Assembly: GCA_016928955.1 (NCBI GenBank)
Contig: JAFGJV010000054.1
Location: 1-60,554, forward strand
Length of the DNA: 60,554 nucleotides
Direction of reading: 5' to 3'
From: Spirochaetales bacterium
GTDB lineage: Bacteria; Spirochaetota; Spirochaetia; Treponematales; UBA12059
In this document: positions 17,130-26,753 of the stretch, piece by piece
Layout of the letters: each line of letters starts with the position of its first letter
Position numbering within the stretch: position 1 is the first letter of the stretch
Notes under the pieces: generated by a model
The model's input: only the letters and a program-made list of their open reading frames with translations
Told to the model about the DNA's origin: nothing
Databases searched by the model: none
Translations under genes and position numbers: made by a program

Positions 17130-18899
17130 ATGTCCACATCGCTCGGCACACCCGAGCCGGCCGTCCGGCACGCCCTCATAGATATCCACTCCCTGTCATA
17201 CCGCTATCCGTCCAGGTCCGAGCTCGTGTTGGACGACGTATCGTTTTCCCTGGCACCCAGAGAGTATGTTGCCCTGGTGGGCGCGAACGGCTCTGGCAAA
17301 AGCACGCTTGCCCGTTGCGTGTGCGGACTTCTAGAGCCGCCTCCGGGATCCGTGAACGTTGGGGGCCTGGATCCATCCAAGCGAGCGGACGCGTTCGAGA
17401 TCAGGAAAAGGCTGTCCCTGGTATTTCAGTCGCCGCTGGACCAGATTGTGGCGTCCGTGGTCGAGGAGGATGTGGCTTTCGGGCTGGAGAACCTGGGCGT
17501 GCCCAAGTCGGATATGGACACGCGGGTTGAAGCCGCCCTCAGGGCTGTGGATTTATGGTCGGTCCGCAAACGGCCCACGCGCTTTTTAAGCGCCGGACAG
17601 CAGCAACGCCTGGCCCTGGCGGGCGCCATGGTCATGGAGCCAAAGGCGATCATTTTTGACGAAGCCACCGCCATGATAGACCCCGCCGGCAGGGAGTCCA
17701 TACTGGACCACATGGACATACTGGCCGAGGGCGGCACGGCCATACTCCACATCACCCACGATATGGGCGAGGCGGCCAGGGCGGACCGCGTTCTGGTGCT
17801 GTCCGGGGGGCGACTCGTGTACGACGGCCGGCCCCAGGCCTTGTTCGAGCGTGAGGATGTATCCGCCTGGGCTTTGGCGGAACCTCCGTCCATGGCCACC
17901 GCGCGGGCCCTCGGCATGAAAGCCGTGGCCGGTGAGAGCGCGCGAGATTTCGGGCGACGGCTGGCCGGGTTGTCCGTCCTGCGGCCCTCCAAGGAAGCGG
18001 CGCATGGAGCGCCCCCTACGGAAACGGCGGAGGGGAATTCCCTGGCCTGGTCGGCCACCACGGCGGGTTTTTCCTATCTAAAAGGTACGGATCAGGAAAC
18101 CAAGGCCTTGGAGGGCGTGGATCTGGCGCTCTCTGGCGGACGTTCGCTTGCCCTGGTCGGCGGCACCGGCTCGGGGAAATCCACCCTGCTGCAGCTCCTG
18201 TCCGCCCTGGCCGAACCATCTGAAGGCAGGGTGCTGGTCTTCGGGCAGGATACCCAGGATCCTAAAACAGACGTTCGGAAACTGCGCATGCGCTCGCCGC
18301 TTGCCGTACAGCGCCCGGAAACTGCCATATTCGAACTGTACGCCGCCGACGAGGTATCCTTTGGCCCGCGCAACGCCGGCCTGGAAGGCAAGGCCCTGGT
18401 CGAAAGGGTTCGTTCGGCCATGGACACGGTAGGCCTGCCCTACGCCCAGTTCAGGGACCGGCAGTGCAGGGCCCTGTCCGGCGGGCAGAAGCGTCGCCTG
18501 GCCCTGGCGTCCATTCTAGCCATGGAGCCTGATGGCCTCGTGCTGGACGAACCGACATCGGCCCTGGATCCCCTGTCCAGGCAGGCCCTGATGGACGTGA
18601 TTTGGTCTCGGGTGGAAGCCGGCCGAGCCCTCGTATTTTCCACGCACTCAATGGAAGAAGCCGCCCGGGCGGACCTGGTCGCCGTCATGCGCGGTGGCCG
18701 GCTCGTGGCCCTGGGCCCGCCGTCCAGCGTCTTTGGCCCCGCCTGGAGAGAGGATTGGGGCATAGGGCTCCCCTTCGCGGCCGAGCTGAGCCGCTCGGCT
18801 CGCCAGGAGGGCCTGGACCTTCCCGACGGTATTATTGACCTTGCAGGCTTGGCCGCCGCCTGCGGAGCCTTGGCCAGCGTGGGCAGGGAAGCGCCATGA
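17130..18899 (+). CDS. ECF transporter ATPase, fused A1-A2 domains
   Basis: Two Walker A (GANGSGKS, GGTGSGKS) and two signature motifs (LSAGQ, LSGGQ); GAGGTGA RBS. Confidence 0.93.
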   Translation: MSTSLGTPEPAVRHALIDIHSLSYRYPSRSELVLDDVSFSLAPREYVALVGANGSGKSTLARCVCGLLEPPPGSVNVGGLDPSKRADAFEIRKRLSLVFQSPLDQIVASVVEEDVAFGLENLGVPKSDMDTRVEAALRAVDLWSVRKRPTRFLSAGQQQRLALAGAMVMEPKAIIFDEATAMIDPAGRESILDHMDILAEGGTAILHITHDMGEAARADRVLVLSGGRLVYDGRPQALFEREDVSAWALAEPPSMATARALGMKAVAGESARDFGRRLAGLSVLRPSKEAAHGAPPTETAEGNSLAWSATTAGFSYLKGTDQETKALEGVDLALSGGRSLALVGGTGSGKSTLLQLLSALAEPSEGRVLVFGQDTQDPKTDVRKLRMRSPLAVQRPETAIFELYAADEVSFGPRNAGLEGKALVERVRSAMDTVGLPYAQFRDRQCRALSGGQKRRLALASILAMEPDGLVLDEPTSALDPLSRQALMDVIWSRVEAGRALVFSTHSMEEAARADLVAVMRGGRLVALGPPSSVFGPAWREDWGIGLPFAAELSRSARQEGLDLPDGIIDLAGLAAACGALASVGREAP

Positions 18900-19732
18900 A
18901 GAACCTGGAATTTTTCCGGAGGGTATCCATAGGCCAATATCTGGACGCGGACAGTCCCGTGCACAGGCTTACCCCGGCCACCAAGTATCTCTGGCTGTTC
19001 GCGCTCATCCTCCCCGCCAGCATGGCCAGATCGTCGTTGGCCATTATTCTCGTGGCCGCGGCCTGCCTGGCGGCGGCCAAACTTGCCCGTGTGCACCTGC
19101 GCTACCTGCTGCGAGGTTTTGGGCCGGTTCTGCCGCTTGTGCTCCTTACGGCCGTCCTGCAGTTCGTTTTCGGCTGGAGGGACGACGGGAGCCTGGTGCT
19201 TGCGGACCTGGGCCCGATCAGCGTGACCATGAGGGAGGTTCTGTCCGTCCTGGGCATGGCGGCACGATTCCTGGCCATCATGATGGCGCTGGGCTTGTTC
19301 ACGGCCACTACCACAGAAGGGGATTCGGCCAGGGGTATTGAGGACCTGATGCAACCCCTTGCCAGGCTTGGCATCCCGGCCCACGGCCTGGCCCTGGCCG
19401 TTGCCGTGGCTTTCCGCTTCATCCCGATCGTTGCCGGCGAGCTGGAGGCCGTGGTCAAGGCCCAAGCCGCCCGGGGCGCGGATTTTGGCGCGGGTAGGGG
19501 CGGTATCGTGCGCAAGGTCAGGGCGTATCTCCCTCTGGTCGTTCCCGTAACGGTCCGCGCCCTCGAGCGGGCTGAGGCTTTGGCCGAAGCCATGGACGCG
19601 CGCTGTTACCGTTCCAAAGGCAGGACGCGCTTTGTCGTGACCGTGGGTGGGCGGGGAGAAGCCCTGCTACGGCTCTCGGCCATCGTTTTTGGGGCGGGCG
19701 TCATGGTCCTGTCCGGTATGCTCTCCTGGTGA
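18896..19732 (+). CDS. ecfT: ECF transmembrane component T
   Basis: SPVHRL, RFIP, AQAARG, AMDARCY. Confidence 0.92.
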   Translation: MKNLEFFRRVSIGQYLDADSPVHRLTPATKYLWLFALILPASMARSSLAIILVAAACLAAAKLARVHLRYLLRGFGPVLPLVLLTAVLQFVFGWRDDGSLVLADLGPISVTMREVLSVLGMAARFLAIMMALGLFTATTTEGDSARGIEDLMQPLARLGIPAHGLALAVAVAFRFIPIVAGELEAVVKAQAARGADFGAGRGGIVRKVRAYLPLVVPVTVRALERAEALAEAMDARCYRSKGRTRFVVTVGGRGEALLRLSAIVFGAGVMVLSGMLSW

Positions 19733-19852
19733 CAGGGGGCTGGTGTTTCGGCGCTACATGCCGCTTATGGTTGGCCGCGCTGGCCATGCCAAAGGGGCAA
19801 TATATAACGGGCGACTCGACCCGAGCGGGCGGGTACGCTCAAGGAGGTTTGT

Positions 19853-20458
19853 ATGGAAGGTTCGTCAGTTCGGAAGCTGGTTACGGCTGGTGCCCTTGGC
19901 GCCGTGTCGGTGGTCATGGCCGTCACGCCCCTGGGTTTTCTCCCCTGGTTCGGGGGCGCATCGCTGACCATCATGCACATACCGGTGATCATAGCCGCCG
20001 TGCTAGAAGGCCCCCTGGCAGGCACCATCGTCGGCCTTATTTTTGGCGTGTCCAGCCTCATGAAGGCGGGCATAGCGCCCACATCGGCTTTTGATCCCCT
20101 GTTCACCAATCCCCTGGTATCCGTGTTGCCCAGGCTGTTTATCGGGGTGGCGGCCTGGGCTGTGTTCAGGCTGTTCCGCGGCAAGTTTACGCCGCTGGCT
20201 TCTGGGGTGGCGGGTGCCGTTGGCGGATTCACCAACACGGTGCTGGTGCTCGGCATGCTCGGCATAGCCGAGGGTCCCAGGCTGGCCAGTGTCACGGGGC
20301 TGGAGTCCGGAGGCATCGTGCCCTTCCTGGCGGGCATTGCCGTCAGCAATGGCCTGATCGAGGCTGCTGCTGCGGCCGTGCTGACAGCGGCCGTGGTCAC
20401 GGCATGGAAGGGAATAGCCGGCGGAGGCAAGGCCCGCCTGGCCGACGAGGATAAATAA
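19853..20458 (+). CDS. panT: ECF S component, PanT-like (pantothenate)
   Basis: TPLGF, TIMHIPVIIAAVLEGP, SVLPR, TNTVLVL; adjacent to coaX. Confidence 0.78.
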   Translation: MEGSSVRKLVTAGALGAVSVVMAVTPLGFLPWFGGASLTIMHIPVIIAAVLEGPLAGTIVGLIFGVSSLMKAGIAPTSAFDPLFTNPLVSVLPRLFIGVAAWAVFRLFRGKFTPLASGVAGAVGGFTNTVLVLGMLGIAEGPRLASVTGLESGGIVPFLAGIAVSNGLIEAAAAAVLTAAVVTAWKGIAGGGKARLADEDK

Positions 20459-20459
20459 C

Positions 20460-21218
20460 ATGCTTCTGGCCCTGGATGCCCGCAACGGGTCACTCACGGT
20501 TGGGTTCCGCCATGGCAATGCCTGGTTGCCTCTGACGCGTCTTGGCGTGAACAGGACGGAAGACGAATACGCCTTCCTGTTGAATGCCGCCCTGGACAAG
20601 GCCGGACCGGGCTTGCGACCAGACCGGGCCTGGCTGTCCAGCGTGGTGCCCGGCCTTACGCCCGTGCTCAAGGAAGCCGTGCGGCTGGCCTTCGGGCTGG
20701 ATGTGACCGTGGTGGGCCCGGGAGTCAAAACCGGGGTCAAGATACGTGTGGACCAGCCGGCCGAGCTGGGGAGCGACCTTGTGTGCCAGGCGGCGGCCGG
20801 GTACGCGCTGGCGGGCGGCGCTTGCCTGGTCGTCGACTTTGGCGCTGCCCTTACCATGGCAGCCGTCAATGGCAAGGGTGAATTCATGGGCGCCGCCATA
20901 GCGCCGGGACTGGAGACGGCCGCCACGGCGCTCAGGCGAACGGCCGCCCAGTTGCCGGAGGTGAGGCTGGAGGCAAGCGACAAGGCCATAGGAAGAAATA
21001 CGCCTGACGCCGTCCGTTCAGGACTCATACTAGGGTATACCGGCCTGGTCGAACGCCTGGCCGAGCGCATGCGCTCAGAGCTGGGCGAGGACGCCGCGCT
21101 CATAGGCTCGGGCGACAAACTTGGCCGGCTGGTGCTTGACGGCCTCCCGGCTCTGGCCTTTGTACCCGACCTGGCGCTGGATGGCCTGGCCCTTATAGCC
21201 GAACGCAACACGCCATGA
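20460..21218 (+). CDS. coaX: Type III pantothenate kinase
   Basis: SSVVP, ELGSD, VVDFG, IAPGL, IGRNT motifs (some degenerate). Confidence 0.85.
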   Translation: MLLALDARNGSLTVGFRHGNAWLPLTRLGVNRTEDEYAFLLNAALDKAGPGLRPDRAWLSSVVPGLTPVLKEAVRLAFGLDVTVVGPGVKTGVKIRVDQPAELGSDLVCQAAAGYALAGGACLVVDFGAALTMAAVNGKGEFMGAAIAPGLETAATALRRTAAQLPEVRLEASDKAIGRNTPDAVRSGLILGYTGLVERLAERMRSELGEDAALIGSGDKLGRLVLDGLPALAFVPDLALDGLALIAERNTP

Positions 21219-21279
21219 CGCGAGGCAGGTCCCAGGGACGAGCCGGGGCGCGGTTTCAGAATGCGCAGAGGAAATCCCG

Positions 21280-21309
21280 TTGACACAGGCGGGGCCTTTC
21301 TTGTATAAA
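21280..21309 (+). promoter_or_regulatory. sigma70 promoter of tRNA-Met
   Basis: TTGACA-N18-TATAAA. Confidence 0.6.
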
Positions 21310-21326
21310 GACCGCGCACAGGCAAC

Positions 21327-21399
21327 GGCGGCGTAGCTCAGCTGGCAGAGCAAGCGGCTCATATCCGCTGTGTCGAGGGTCCGAGTCCCCCCGCCGCCA
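21327..21399 (+). tRNA. tRNA with CAT anticodon, probably elongator tRNA-Met; CCA not encoded
   Basis: Cloverleaf: GGCGGCG/CGCCGCC acceptor, GCTC/GAGC D stem, AGCGG-CTCATAT-CCGCT anticodon arm; atypical T arm. Confidence 0.9.
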
Positions 21400-21410
21400 T
21401 GTCGTCGCCA

Positions 21411-21441
21411 CGGCCGCCTTAACAGGGCGGCCGTTTTGTTT
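21411..21441 (+). terminator. Intrinsic terminator after tRNA
   Basis: CGGCCGCC..GGCGGCCG stem followed by TTTTGTTT. Confidence 0.75.
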
Positions 21442-21497
21442 GACCGCGGGAGCGGCGGTCCCGCACGAGAGGCGGCCTTAGGGCGATAGGAGCGAGC

Positions 21498-21749
21498 GTG
21501 AGTTCGACTGCGTGGCGAGACGAGGCCTTCCGGACATCGTACGACGATACCCTGGCCAGCCTCACTAAGCGGAGGAACAGCGAGCCGGACTTTTCGGTTG
21601 ACAGCCTCCGTGGTATACTCAAGCACCTGTACGAGCAAGACGGAAACGACCAGTTTGGCCGAGGTGAGCTTCAGGATCTGATCCTGCGCGGCATCATCGA
21701 GGCGCACGAGGACTTTTTGGCAGGCTGGGAAGCCGAGCGTCGCCAGTAA
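21498..21749 (+). CDS. Small hypothetical protein
   Basis: 83-aa ORF with AGGAG RBS and host-like codon use. Confidence 0.7.
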   Translation: MSSTAWRDEAFRTSYDDTLASLTKRRNSEPDFSVDSLRGILKHLYEQDGNDQFGRGELQDLILRGIIEAHEDFLAGWEAERRQ

Positions 21750-21835
21750 GAAGGCCCGAACGGCACATGCCGCGTTCCTCGGGGCGCGGGTATACAGTAG
21801 GCTGGCGGCCATACGGCGGCCGGCAGGAGCGATCC

Positions 21836-22960
21836 ATGGCATTGGAAATTCGCGAGCTCGCGTCACCGCGCGAACTTAAGGCGTTTGTCAACTTTCCCTT
21901 CACGCTGTACAAGGGCAATCCCAACTGGGTGCCCGCCCTGGTGCTGGACGACCTGTCAACGCTGAACCTCCGCAAGAACCCCGCGGGGGAGTTTTGCCAG
22001 TCCGCCTACTGGATGGCCTACCGCGACGGCAAGCCCGTGGGCCGCATCGCCGGCATCGTGAACCAGGCGTATATCCGGAAATGGGGCAACAAGTACGCCC
22101 GTTTTGGCTGGTTTGACGTGGACGACGACTTCGAGGCCGCGCAGGCCCTGGTTGCCGCCTTTGAGGATTGGGCCAGGCGCAGGGGCCTGGAAGCTGTCCA
22201 CGGCCCCCTTGGTTTTACCGACCTGGACAGGGAAGGCCTCCTGGTTGAGGGATTCGACGAGAAAGGCACCCTGGCGACCAACTACAACCATGCCTACTAC
22301 GGGCCCTTTCTCGAGCGCCTAGGCTATGCCAAGGACGTTGACTGGATAGAATTCCAGGTCAAAGTGCCGGAGGCCATACCCGATAAGGTGCTCAGGGTAA
22401 ACGACCTGATAGCCAAGCGCACGGGCGTGCGGCTGTTTACCTGGAAGAGAAATTCCGAGCTGGTCCGAAAATACGGCGCCCAGCTGTTCGAGCTCATCGA
22501 TGAGGCATACGCGGGCCTGTACGGCACGACGCCCCTGACCAGGCGCCAGGTAGAGGTGTACATCAAGCAGTACCTGGGCTTTGTGGACACCCGCTTCACC
22601 AAGATCATGATCGACGAGCACGACAAGCTCGTCGGGTTTGGCATAGCCATGCCCAGCCTGTCCGACGCCCTGATCAAGTCTCGCGGGCGCTTATTCCCCC
22701 TGGGCTGGTGGCACCTTCTGTCAGCGCTGAAAAAGCCATCCGTCATAGACATGTATCTGGTGGCCGTGCGGCCCGAATACCAGTCGCGCGGGGTCATAGC
22801 CATACTGATGACCGACCTGAACAAGAGCGCCATGGAAGAAGGCGTCCTGTACGCCGAGACCAATCCTGAGCTTGAGTCGAATTTTGCCGTCCAACAACTC
22901 TGGAAGGATTACGAGCGGCGCCAGCACAAACGGCGCAGGGTGTACCTCAAAAAACTGTAG
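21836..22960 (+). CDS. GNAT-fold N-acetyltransferase-like protein
   Basis: PVGRIAG, GWFD, GPLGFTD..EGLLVEGF, AVRPEYQSRG; AGGAG RBS. Confidence 0.8.
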   Translation: MALEIRELASPRELKAFVNFPFTLYKGNPNWVPALVLDDLSTLNLRKNPAGEFCQSAYWMAYRDGKPVGRIAGIVNQAYIRKWGNKYARFGWFDVDDDFEAAQALVAAFEDWARRRGLEAVHGPLGFTDLDREGLLVEGFDEKGTLATNYNHAYYGPFLERLGYAKDVDWIEFQVKVPEAIPDKVLRVNDLIAKRTGVRLFTWKRNSELVRKYGAQLFELIDEAYAGLYGTTPLTRRQVEVYIKQYLGFVDTRFTKIMIDEHDKLVGFGIAMPSLSDALIKSRGRLFPLGWWHLLSALKKPSVIDMYLVAVRPEYQSRGVIAILMTDLNKSAMEEGVLYAETNPELESNFAVQQLWKDYERRQHKRRRVYLKKL

Positions 22961-23013
22961 TCGCCTTTTGTCCCGCGCCCTGAACGGGGCGCGGCAGGCG
23001 GTATCCGCGCGGG

Positions 23014-24108
23014 TCACGCGTCCTTTATGTCGTTGTATATACGCTCAAAATCCTCGTGCATTTCCTTGAACAGGTCCACCAGTTCGGGATCAAAGTGGGT
23101 GCCGCCGTCGGCCGTGATGAGCAGGGTAGCCCGCTTGTGGTCAAAGGTTTCCTTGTAGCTCCGCCTCATGCGCAGGGCGTCGTAAACGTCTGCCAGGGCG
23201 ACGATGCGCGCGGGCAGGGGAATCATGTCGCCCACCAGCCTGTACGGGTATCCGGTGCCGTTCCACCATTCGTGGTGGGACTGGGCAATCTGCTTGGCCA
23301 TGGGATTGGGATAGCTGGACAGGATGAAGGCGCCGTTTATGGTGTGTTCTTTCATGATGGACCACTCGAATTCGTTCAAAGGGCCCTGCTTGTTCAGGAT
23401 GTCGTCCGGTGTGCCTATCTTGCCGACGTCGTGCATGGCAGCCAGAAAGCCAATATTGTCCACAAAGTCCACGTCCACTTCCGGCCAGCGTGCGTCGCCG
23501 TACATAGCGCTGGCAAGGAGATGGCTGTAGCGGTTGACGCGCTCTATGTGCCGTCCCGTGTCCCTGTCCTTGAGCTTGGACGCTTCCAAGAGGCTAGAGA
23601 ACATGGTGCGGAGAAAGCGCTTGTTCTCGTCGGTCACGTCGTCAAAGAGCACGACCCAGGCCAGGGGAGAGCCGTCCCCGTCGTCCGGTATGAAGGGCAG
23701 TATCTGGACGCGCGTGCGCATGGTGCCCGCGTACTTGGCGCGATGCTCAAGATAGTCGCTCCAGGTATAGCCGTGCGACGGATCCTTGATGGCCCTGCAC
23801 AGGGCGGCCGCTTGCCCGGGGCTGATGCAGCGCTTGAACGTGTCCAGGAAGGACGAATGGTCGGGGTATTCGAAGGAGCGCACCACGGTGCGGAACGGAT
23901 CGTTACGGTATATGAACGACAGGGACGCGTCCAGGAGGGCCATGGGCGAAGGTATTCCTTCATAGGATTTAAGGAGGCCTCGAACGCAGCCAAAGGACAG
24001 GAGAGGGGAGGCCGAGGGAGCCTTGTTCGTCTCGTCCTCAAGCTCCTGGAGCTCGGCCAGCTCTTCCACGTCGGCCACCTCTATCAGGGGGTGAAGGTCC
24101 TTATCCAC
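23014..24108 (-). CDS. PAS-like + HD-GYP phosphodiesterase
   Basis: MHDVGKIG, HHEWWNGTGYP, ADVYDAL. Confidence 0.92.
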   Translation of the reverse strand: MDKDLHPLIEVADVEELAELQELEDETNKAPSASPLLSFGCVRGLLKSYEGIPSPMALLDASLSFIYRNDPFRTVVRSFEYPDHSSFLDTFKRCISPGQAAALCRAIKDPSHGYTWSDYLEHRAKYAGTMRTRVQILPFIPDDGDGSPLAWVVLFDDVTDENKRFLRTMFSSLLEASKLKDRDTGRHIERVNRYSHLLASAMYGDARWPEVDVDFVDNIGFLAAMHDVGKIGTPDDILNKQGPLNEFEWSIMKEHTINGAFILSSYPNPMAKQIAQSHHEWWNGTGYPYRLVGDMIPLPARIVALADVYDALRMRRSYKETFDHKRATLLITADGGTHFDPELVDLFKEMHEDFERIYNDIKDA

Positions 24109-24850
24109 GGGCCGCCTCCGCCGCTTCCTCGGCGTCGCTCGCGCGCAGGTACGCCGGCGCGGCGTCGGACGCCGCGGGGCCGTGGGCGGTAAATTCCGTG
24201 ACAGCCAGGTCCAGCATGGCGACAGCGGGGGAACGGCGCGATCTCTCGGCCAGCCTGAATCCCGTCCGCTCGGCCAAGATACCCTCCAGCATGTCGGCGT
24301 CCGGACCTGCGAAAAGCACCTCGGGATAGCCGCTTACGGCGGCCAGTATGGCGTCAGCTCCCGCGTCTCGCGGACCCTCGACCAGGCGTCCCGCCTGATA
24401 GACTGCCCAGAAGTACCGCGAGCGCTTGGCGTCGATCACGGGCACGACCACCGGGGACACTCCCGCCCACTCGGAAGCCATGGCGTCAAGGGTGGGCACA
24501 AGGACAAAGGGTTTTCCAGTGCCGTACGCCAGGCCTTTTATGGTCGAAAGGCCTATGCGGAGGCCCGTGAACGATCCGGGCCCTTTCGAACACGCAAAGA
24601 GGTCTATGTCGGCCAGGGCAAGGCCGCATTCGTCCAGGCAGAAGTCCACCGCCCCCATGAGGCGCTCGGCGTGGCGGTAACCGGCGTCTATGGCCACGGA
24701 CGCAAAGCCTGCGCCGGGCGCCGGATCGTGTCCGGTGCTATCGCGATACGGGTGTTTGGGGGCCAGGGGCGACGATTCGGGCGTACCCCTGTTCCTACCG
24801 GCGGCCACGGCGAGGATGTCTGTTGAGCAATCCACGGCAAGCACATTCAC
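24101..24850 (-). CDS. tsaB: tRNA t6A biosynthesis protein TsaB
   Basis: LAVDCST, HAERL, GPGSFTGLRIG, IDAKR. Confidence 0.93.
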   Translation of the reverse strand: MNVLAVDCSTDILAVAAGRNRGTPESSPLAPKHPYRDSTGHDPAPGAGFASVAIDAGYRHAERLMGAVDFCLDECGLALADIDLFACSKGPGSFTGLRIGLSTIKGLAYGTGKPFVLVPTLDAMASEWAGVSPVVVPVIDAKRSRYFWAVYQAGRLVEGPRDAGADAILAAVSGYPEVLFAGPDADMLEGILAERTGFRLAERSRRSPAVAMLDLAVTEFTAHGPAASDAAPAYLRASDAEEAAEAARG

Positions 24851-25284
24851 CGCAACAACTCCTCAAGCCCGCCGGACACGCGGACACGGCGGGTGTCGTC
24901 CGTTAGGACATCCAGTTCCACGACCGTTGCGTCAGGGGGAAGGATGCCTTCCACCCGTTCGCTCCACTCTATGGCGCATACGCCCCTGCCGTAGAGATAG
25001 CGCCGAGCGTCCAGAAAGTCGAATTCGTCGGGGCCGCCCAGCCGGTAACAGTCTATATGATACAAAGGGAGGCGGCCTCCGTCGTACTCGTTGACCAGGG
25101 TGTAGGTCGGGCTGGTCACCTGATCTGATATCCCTAGGCCACGGGCCAAACCCCTTGAGAGGACTGTCTTGCCCGCGCCCAAACCACCGCGGAAAGCCAA
25201 GACGGTTCCGGGCACTGCGACAGTTCCCAGCCGTTCTCCCAAAGCCTCGGTATCGCCCACGCTCGGGCACTCGAACTCGATCAG
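24847..25284 (-). CDS. tsaE: tRNA t6A biosynthesis ATPase TsaE (probable CTG start at 25284; GTG 25260 alternative)
   Basis: GGLGAGKT, VTSPTYTL, HIDCYRL, IEW. Confidence 0.92.
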   Translation of the reverse strand: MIEFECPSVGDTEALGERLGTVAVPGTVLAFRGGLGAGKTVLSRGLARGLGISDQVTSPTYTLVNEYDGGRLPLYHIDCYRLGGPDEFDFLDARRYLYGRGVCAIEWSERVEGILPPDATVVELDVLTDDTRRVRVSGGLEELLR

Positions 25285-25541
25285 GGCAAGCTCCCCCTGG
25301 AGTGCAAATCCAGAATCAGATGCTTCAGCTTTGAAACCACAGGCAGGACGGGGTAATCCAAATCCTCGGTCAGGGCAACACGGATATCCACGCCTCCCAG
25401 AGGTTTGTGCTCGAGCGTGAATTCCACGGGCGAGCTCACCGTCTGTTGGAGATATTCCAGTACCACATCCGCCGTGAACTCGCGCCGGTAGTACAGGTGA
25501 GTGTCCTTGCGTTTGATGTTGACCAGCTCGAGTACTTTCAC
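25281..25541 (-). CDS. Hypothetical protein
   Basis: 86-aa ORF coupled to tsaE, preceded by TTGACC-N18-TAGAAT. Confidence 0.75.
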   Translation of the reverse strand: MKVLELVNIKRKDTHLYYRREFTADVVLEYLQQTVSSPVEFTLEHKPLGGVDIRVALTEDLDYPVLPVVSKLKHLILDLHSRGSLP

Positions 25542-25667
25542 GGCCTCAATTCTATTGTCCGGAGGCTACCGCGGTCAAGGCAAGGGCGGTGAAGATTGCC
25601 GCCCGGTCTGGCAAAACAGGCGATTAGGCTCCCAGGAGGAGCTGGTAGAAACCAAGGGAAACCCTTG

Positions 25668-26753
25668 CTACTCAAAACCGTATACGTATGAAAGTATCTC
25701 GTTGACCGTTTTCCGGGGGATTTTGACGAATTTCAGGTGCAAAGACGTGCCGGAACGAAGGCGACTGGCCCTGACCACGCTGGCGTACGCCCAGCGTGTG
25801 CCAGCGCCGAGGTCGAATTCTATTTTTACGAATTCACCCACGTTCGCTGGGCTCATGGTCTGCATGGACAGGCCGCCGGCGGATACGTCCGTGATGATGG
25901 ACGGCACGGCGGCTTTTTCCACCTGCACGCTTTTGACAACTTTGCCCCTGTCCCTGGCGGCGTGCACATGCACCAGGTAGAACCGGCCGGACAGCCTGGC
26001 TTCCCTGCGCTGGTGCCTTCTGGACGGCAACTGCTTGACCGAGTCGTTATGGGACAGCGCCAGTAGCTGGCGGCCGTCTAGGTTCACAAGACCGCCTGAG
26101 CGGGTATGGAAGTTGTAACCCACATGGTTACCCGCGTAGAAAAAGACCGTCAGTTTGGAGCCCCGAGGGAATCTGATGGGAACCCCAAAGGCGTCCAGGG
26201 CAGGCTCCACATAGAGCGCGCGCGGTTCGTTGAAGACGATCAGGGACGCGTAATGGGCTTCCTTGTTGGTAACCAGGGAAATAGGCGTCCTGGCTTTCAG
26301 CTGGCGGCTGGACCGTATGGCCGCTCCCGAGTTGATGCGGAGCGACAGGGCTTCCCGGATGGCAAACAGCCGACCCTTCAGATCCTCGGCGCTTTCTTCT
26401 GTTTCAGCGTGGCGGTCTATGTAGCGGAAGGTAGCCTTGATGAAGGAGTCCAGCTGTTGCCGGGTGCCGAACACCGATTGTGGGTTCTGGACTCCTAGTT
26501 TCCTGGCATAATGCTCTAGAAAGTCTGCCTCGGCGTCAGAAAAACCGACATCCAGGGCTTTTCTCCTGAAGGTTCCTGAGCGGAAGCCAGGCACCCGTGA
26601 TGATATGGTTCCGGAGGACAATTTTTTGATCAAGCTGTACACCAGGGCCACAGCCACCAGCGCTCCGAGCACAATGAGGAAAATCCGGCTATCTTCCGGG
26701 TTGGATTGCTTCCAGTATGTCTGCGCCAGCAGGGCAGGCCAGACGGGCATCAC
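25668..26753 (-). CDS. Membrane-anchored PilZ-domain protein (flagellar-brake-like)
   Basis: N-terminal TM helix; RRHQR and DVSAGG PilZ motifs. Confidence 0.85.
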   Translation of the reverse strand: MMPVWPALLAQTYWKQSNPEDSRIFLIVLGALVAVALVYSLIKKLSSGTISSRVPGFRSGTFRRKALDVGFSDAEADFLEHYARKLGVQNPQSVFGTRQQLDSFIKATFRYIDRHAETEESAEDLKGRLFAIREALSLRINSGAAIRSSRQLKARTPISLVTNKEAHYASLIVFNEPRALYVEPALDAFGVPIRFPRGSKLTVFFYAGNHVGYNFHTRSGGLVNLDGRQLLALSHNDSVKQLPSRRHQRREARLSGRFYLVHVHAARDRGKVVKSVQVEKAAVPSIITDVSAGGLSMQTMSPANVGEFVKIEFDLGAGTRWAYASVVRASRLRSGTSLHLKFVKIPRKTVNEILSYVYGFE

